Shown here: positions 37,228 to 39,794 of the stretch, piece by piece | How the letters are laid out: each line of letters opens with the position of its first letter | Numbering within the stretch: the first letter of the stretch is position 1 | NCBI GenBank assembly: GCA_030754595.1 | Contig: JASLZZ010000118.1 | Location: 1-39,794 of the forward strand | Direction: 5' to 3' | DNA length: 39,794 nt | Source of the DNA: Nitrospinota bacterium | GTDB lineage: Bacteria; UBA8248 | Notes under the pieces: generated by a model | Told to the model about the DNA's origin: nothing | The model's database searches: none | Seen by the model: the letters and a program-made list of their open reading frames with translations, nothing else | Made by a program: the position numbers and the translations under genes

Positions 37228-38319
37228 GTGTACCCGGCCTCCCTCACCGACGGCCGATCGGCAGCCCGCCGCCCTGTCACCGTTCAGGTCACGATGGGCC
37301 GCCTCGTCATCATCGGCGAGGATGGTGAGACCGTTGACGAGTGGCCCCTCGAGGGACTACGCCTCGCCGACGAAATCCGGTCGGCGGCCCAGCCCGTCCG
37401 GCTCGCCCACCGCGACCGGGGGGAGGCCCGCCTCACCTTCGAGAGCCAGGAAATCCTCCGCGCGCTGGGAGAGGTTCCGGGCGCCCGGCGAAAATGGAGC
37501 TGGGGAAAGAGAATCGCCGTCTACGCCGGGATCGCCGCCGCCGCCCTGGGCATCCTCGTCGGGGCGGCCATCGCCGTCCTTCCCCGGGCCGCCGACCGGC
37601 TTTCGCTCCTCGTGCCCGCCGGGCTCGAGGACGCCGCCGGGGCGAGGATCATGGCCGCCATCGCGGCTCAATACCCCGAGTGCCGGAGCCACCGGGGCGA
37701 GGCGGCCATCGCCTCCCTCGCGCGCCGCCTGGCCGCCGGTCGTACCTTCCGGAATCCGATACGGGTCCGTCTGTTCCGCTCGAAAATCCCCAACGCCTTC
37801 ACCGCCCCCGGCGGGCACATCGGCATCTTCGCCGGCATTTTCCGCTTCGCCAGAACGCCCAGTGAACTCGCCGGGGTGCTGGCCCACGAGATGGGCCACG
37901 CCGCGCTGCGCCACCCGGCGAAATCCATCCTTCGTCAGGCCGGGCTCGGTCTGATATTCGCCGTGATAACAGGCGACGCCGCAGAGCTCGCCGCCTGGGC
38001 CGGGAAATTCACCCGAAACCTCCTGAATCTTTCCTTCACCCGCGAGGCCGAGCTCGAGGCCGACTGCGCGGCCATCGCCATGCTCGCCGGCGCGGGTATC
38101 CGCCAGGACGGCCTATCGCGGTTCTTGGAGCGCATCTCGCGGCGCGCCCCCGGCATGGCCGAGGGCGGCTACTTCTCCACCCACCCCGCCGCCCGGGACC
38201 GCGTCGCCGCGATGAGCGCCCTGACCAGGCCCGGCGGACCGTCACGCGGTGGCCCGGCCATGACGCAGGCCGAGTGGGAATCGATCCGGGGGATTTGCGC
38301 CAACACGGGAAACTGGTAG
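37228..38319 (+). CDS. M48 family metallopeptidase
   Basis: PNAF.APGG, ELAGVLAHEMGH, F.REAE.EAD, STHP. Follows the DUF898 gene, a common pairing. Confidence 0.92.
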   Translation: MYPASLTDGRSAARRPVTVQVTMGRLVIIGEDGETVDEWPLEGLRLADEIRSAAQPVRLAHRDRGEARLTFESQEILRALGEVPGARRKWSWGKRIAVYAGIAAAALGILVGAAIAVLPRAADRLSLLVPAGLEDAAGARIMAAIAAQYPECRSHRGEAAIASLARRLAAGRTFRNPIRVRLFRSKIPNAFTAPGGHIGIFAGIFRFARTPSELAGVLAHEMGHAALRHPAKSILRQAGLGLIFAVITGDAAELAAWAGKFTRNLLNLSFTREAELEADCAAIAMLAGAGIRQDGLSRFLERISRRAPGMAEGGYFSTHPAARDRVAAMSALTRPGGPSRGGPAMTQAEWESIRGICANTGNW

Positions 38320-38493
38320 CGTCCGCTTCCTAGAGGCCGCGCCGGATGCCGCACCGGCCGCGCCGGGGCTGGCGATCAGCGCTCCCGTCCTTTAGATATA
38401 GTGAGATAAGATTCGCCAGGCGAAACGTCAGCCTAAACGGGGGAAATGTTCACGCCCATATTCCTGAAATTATCTCGTCCCGGAGGATAACCG

Positions 38494-39366
38494 ATGACCG
38501 ATCAAGCCAAATACCGTTTTCTGCTCATTCCCCCCTTCCGCCTTCCCGAGACCTCCCGCTTCAACGTCAGCATCACCGGGGTCCCGATAGACCTCCCCAA
38601 GGAGAAGCGGCTGATGAACTCCAGCCTCATCCTGCCCCACCTCGAGGACGTGGAATGGGAACTCCACCCCGGCGAACTGGCCACCTACGGCGACTGGCCG
38701 GTCGAAACCCGCGAGGAGTTTGCCTACGCCGCCTCAGCCCGCCTACCCAACGTCAAGAAGGCCTGCGAAACGGGAAAATACAACGGCATCGTGCTGCTCG
38801 GCGGCGGGGAGCCTGGATTCGCCGAGGCGCGCGAGATCGGCCTCCAGCACGGCGTCGTCGTCACCGGCAACGCCTTTTCGCAACTCCATCTGGCCACCAT
38901 GCTGGGCAACAAATTCACCGTTCTCGACGTCATGGGGGTGCACAACTTCTACTACCGGGACGTGATCATCACCCACCAGCTTCAGCACCGTTGCGCCTCG
39001 ATCCGCAACATCGGCTACCACCTCCCCCGGCCTGGCAACGAGGACCATCCCCAGCTCAACGACGAGCGCGAAAAGATGCGCCGGGGCGAACCCACCCGCG
39101 CCGCCGAGATCGCGGTCGAGCAGGCCCACGCCGCCCTCCTCGAGGACGGCGCCGAGGTCATCACGCTGGGCTGCTCGGGGGTTTTCTGGCTCCAGCCGTT
39201 CATCAAAAAAGGGCTCAAGGAACTGGGGTGGGATGTGCCGGTTCTCGAGGGCTACAGCGCCTCGATCGCGCTCGCCAAGCTCATGATCGACCTCGACATC
39301 AACGCCAGCGGTGTGACCTACATGTCGGACAGCACTGGGCGGTTGCCCATCAAAGTCGTCTTGTGA
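38494..39366 (+). CDS. Asp/Glu/hydantoin racemase superfamily protein lacking the first catalytic Cys
   Basis: YNGIVLLGGGEPG..EARE, LG.KFTV, ASIR, EDGAEVITLGCSG, VPVLEG. SD GGAGG. Confidence 0.8.
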   Translation: MTDQAKYRFLLIPPFRLPETSRFNVSITGVPIDLPKEKRLMNSSLILPHLEDVEWELHPGELATYGDWPVETREEFAYAASARLPNVKKACETGKYNGIVLLGGGEPGFAEAREIGLQHGVVVTGNAFSQLHLATMLGNKFTVLDVMGVHNFYYRDVIITHQLQHRCASIRNIGYHLPRPGNEDHPQLNDEREKMRRGEPTRAAEIAVEQAHAALLEDGAEVITLGCSGVFWLQPFIKKGLKELGWDVPVLEGYSASIALAKLMIDLDINASGVTYMSDSTGRLPIKVVL

Positions 39367-39368
39367 CG

Positions 39369-39463
39369 GGTAGCGCCCTACCTACGGGATAGGGCGCTGT
39401 AGCGAGCTACCTGAGCGCCACCGGATTAATCCCAAGCAGATTCCTCGCTGGCGCTCGGAATGA
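39369..39463. repeat. Cluster of REP-like palindromes downstream of the racemase-family gene
   Basis: AGCGCCCTA/TAGGGCGCT stem (39372-39398); GTAG-n4-CTAC twice; CTGAGCGCCA/TGGCGCTCGG stem; AGATTCCTCGCTGGCGCTCGGAATGA (39438-39463). Confidence 0.55.
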
Positions 39464-39720
39464 AAGATCACCGCTCCTCATCGGACCAGGCGGTGGGGGG
39501 TTGGCGGAGTTTTGTTTGGCCCCGGTTTGTCCCTTCATTTAAAATCTTCTCGGCTGGCTTTGGTTATTATATTTCTTTACTCGCGGACTATTCGCCATGA
39601 CTTGTTTCTTTGGTGGATGAGCGATAATTCCAAAAAATCCGCCGGTAAATATTGAGCCTTTCTTACAGTCATTTTACCCCACATTATGCGGCGGAACAGA
39701 GCAAAAAGAGGCGGGAATCT

Positions 39721-39750
39721 TTGTAACCATATGATATAATTGGCTAAAAT
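39721..39750 (+). promoter_or_regulatory. Sigma70-type promoter for a gene starting near 39773
   Basis: Extended -10 TGA-TATAAT (39732-39740), or TTGTAA-18-TAAAAT. GAGGA SD then ATG 39773; this ORF runs off the window. Confidence 0.5.
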
Positions 39751-39794
39751 CGCCCGAGCGAGAGGATATCAGATGCTCGGAGATGGTGGCAGCC

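Noticed and set aside
36230..38319. DUF898 + M48 peptidase pair as a novel system
   Set aside because: A common, widely distributed gene pair; nothing unusual seen here.

Overview
GC-rich bacterial chromosomal window. I recognised no rRNA, tRNA, CRISPR array or transposase. Gene styles resemble deltaproteobacteria or Nitrospinota/Tectomicrobia-like lineages, which is a low-certainty inference. Contents in order: (1) a nitrogen-assimilation cluster of a 5'-truncated GlnR-like OmpR-family regulator, a GlnR-box-like 4x11-bp array, amtB and a GSI-alpha/GlnA2-like glutamine synthetase; (2) a minus-strand run ccsA/hemX-hemA-hemC-cobA/hemD-hemB, then thiolase, crotonase, a YcgN-like protein, meaB and cutA; (3) divergent pyrD-pyrK; (4) a decaying signalling block with a class II cAMP phosphodiesterase (apparent ATC start), a ~1000-codon class I adenylate cyclase broken by 3 in-frame stops and 2 frameshifts, a small hypothetical, cheX, and cheY with an internal TAG; (5) accessory genes: a 3-hydroxyisobutyrate-DH family enzyme, VOC protein, ClC-CBS, Gfo/Idh/MocA, PlsC, two SDRs, a two-domain sulfurtransferase, a truncated ABC binding protein, TAXI-TRAP, an Fe-type binding protein, ubiX, DUF898 plus M48 peptidase, and a single-Cys Asp/Glu racemase-superfamily enzyme. 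The strongest leads are the sulfurtransferase, whose catalytic Cys codon is TGA followed by a SECIS-like hairpin (probable selenoprotein), the actinobacterial-style GlnR circuit, and the PDE/cyclase/chemotaxis block. All family calls come from motif recognition by eye; no database searches were run.
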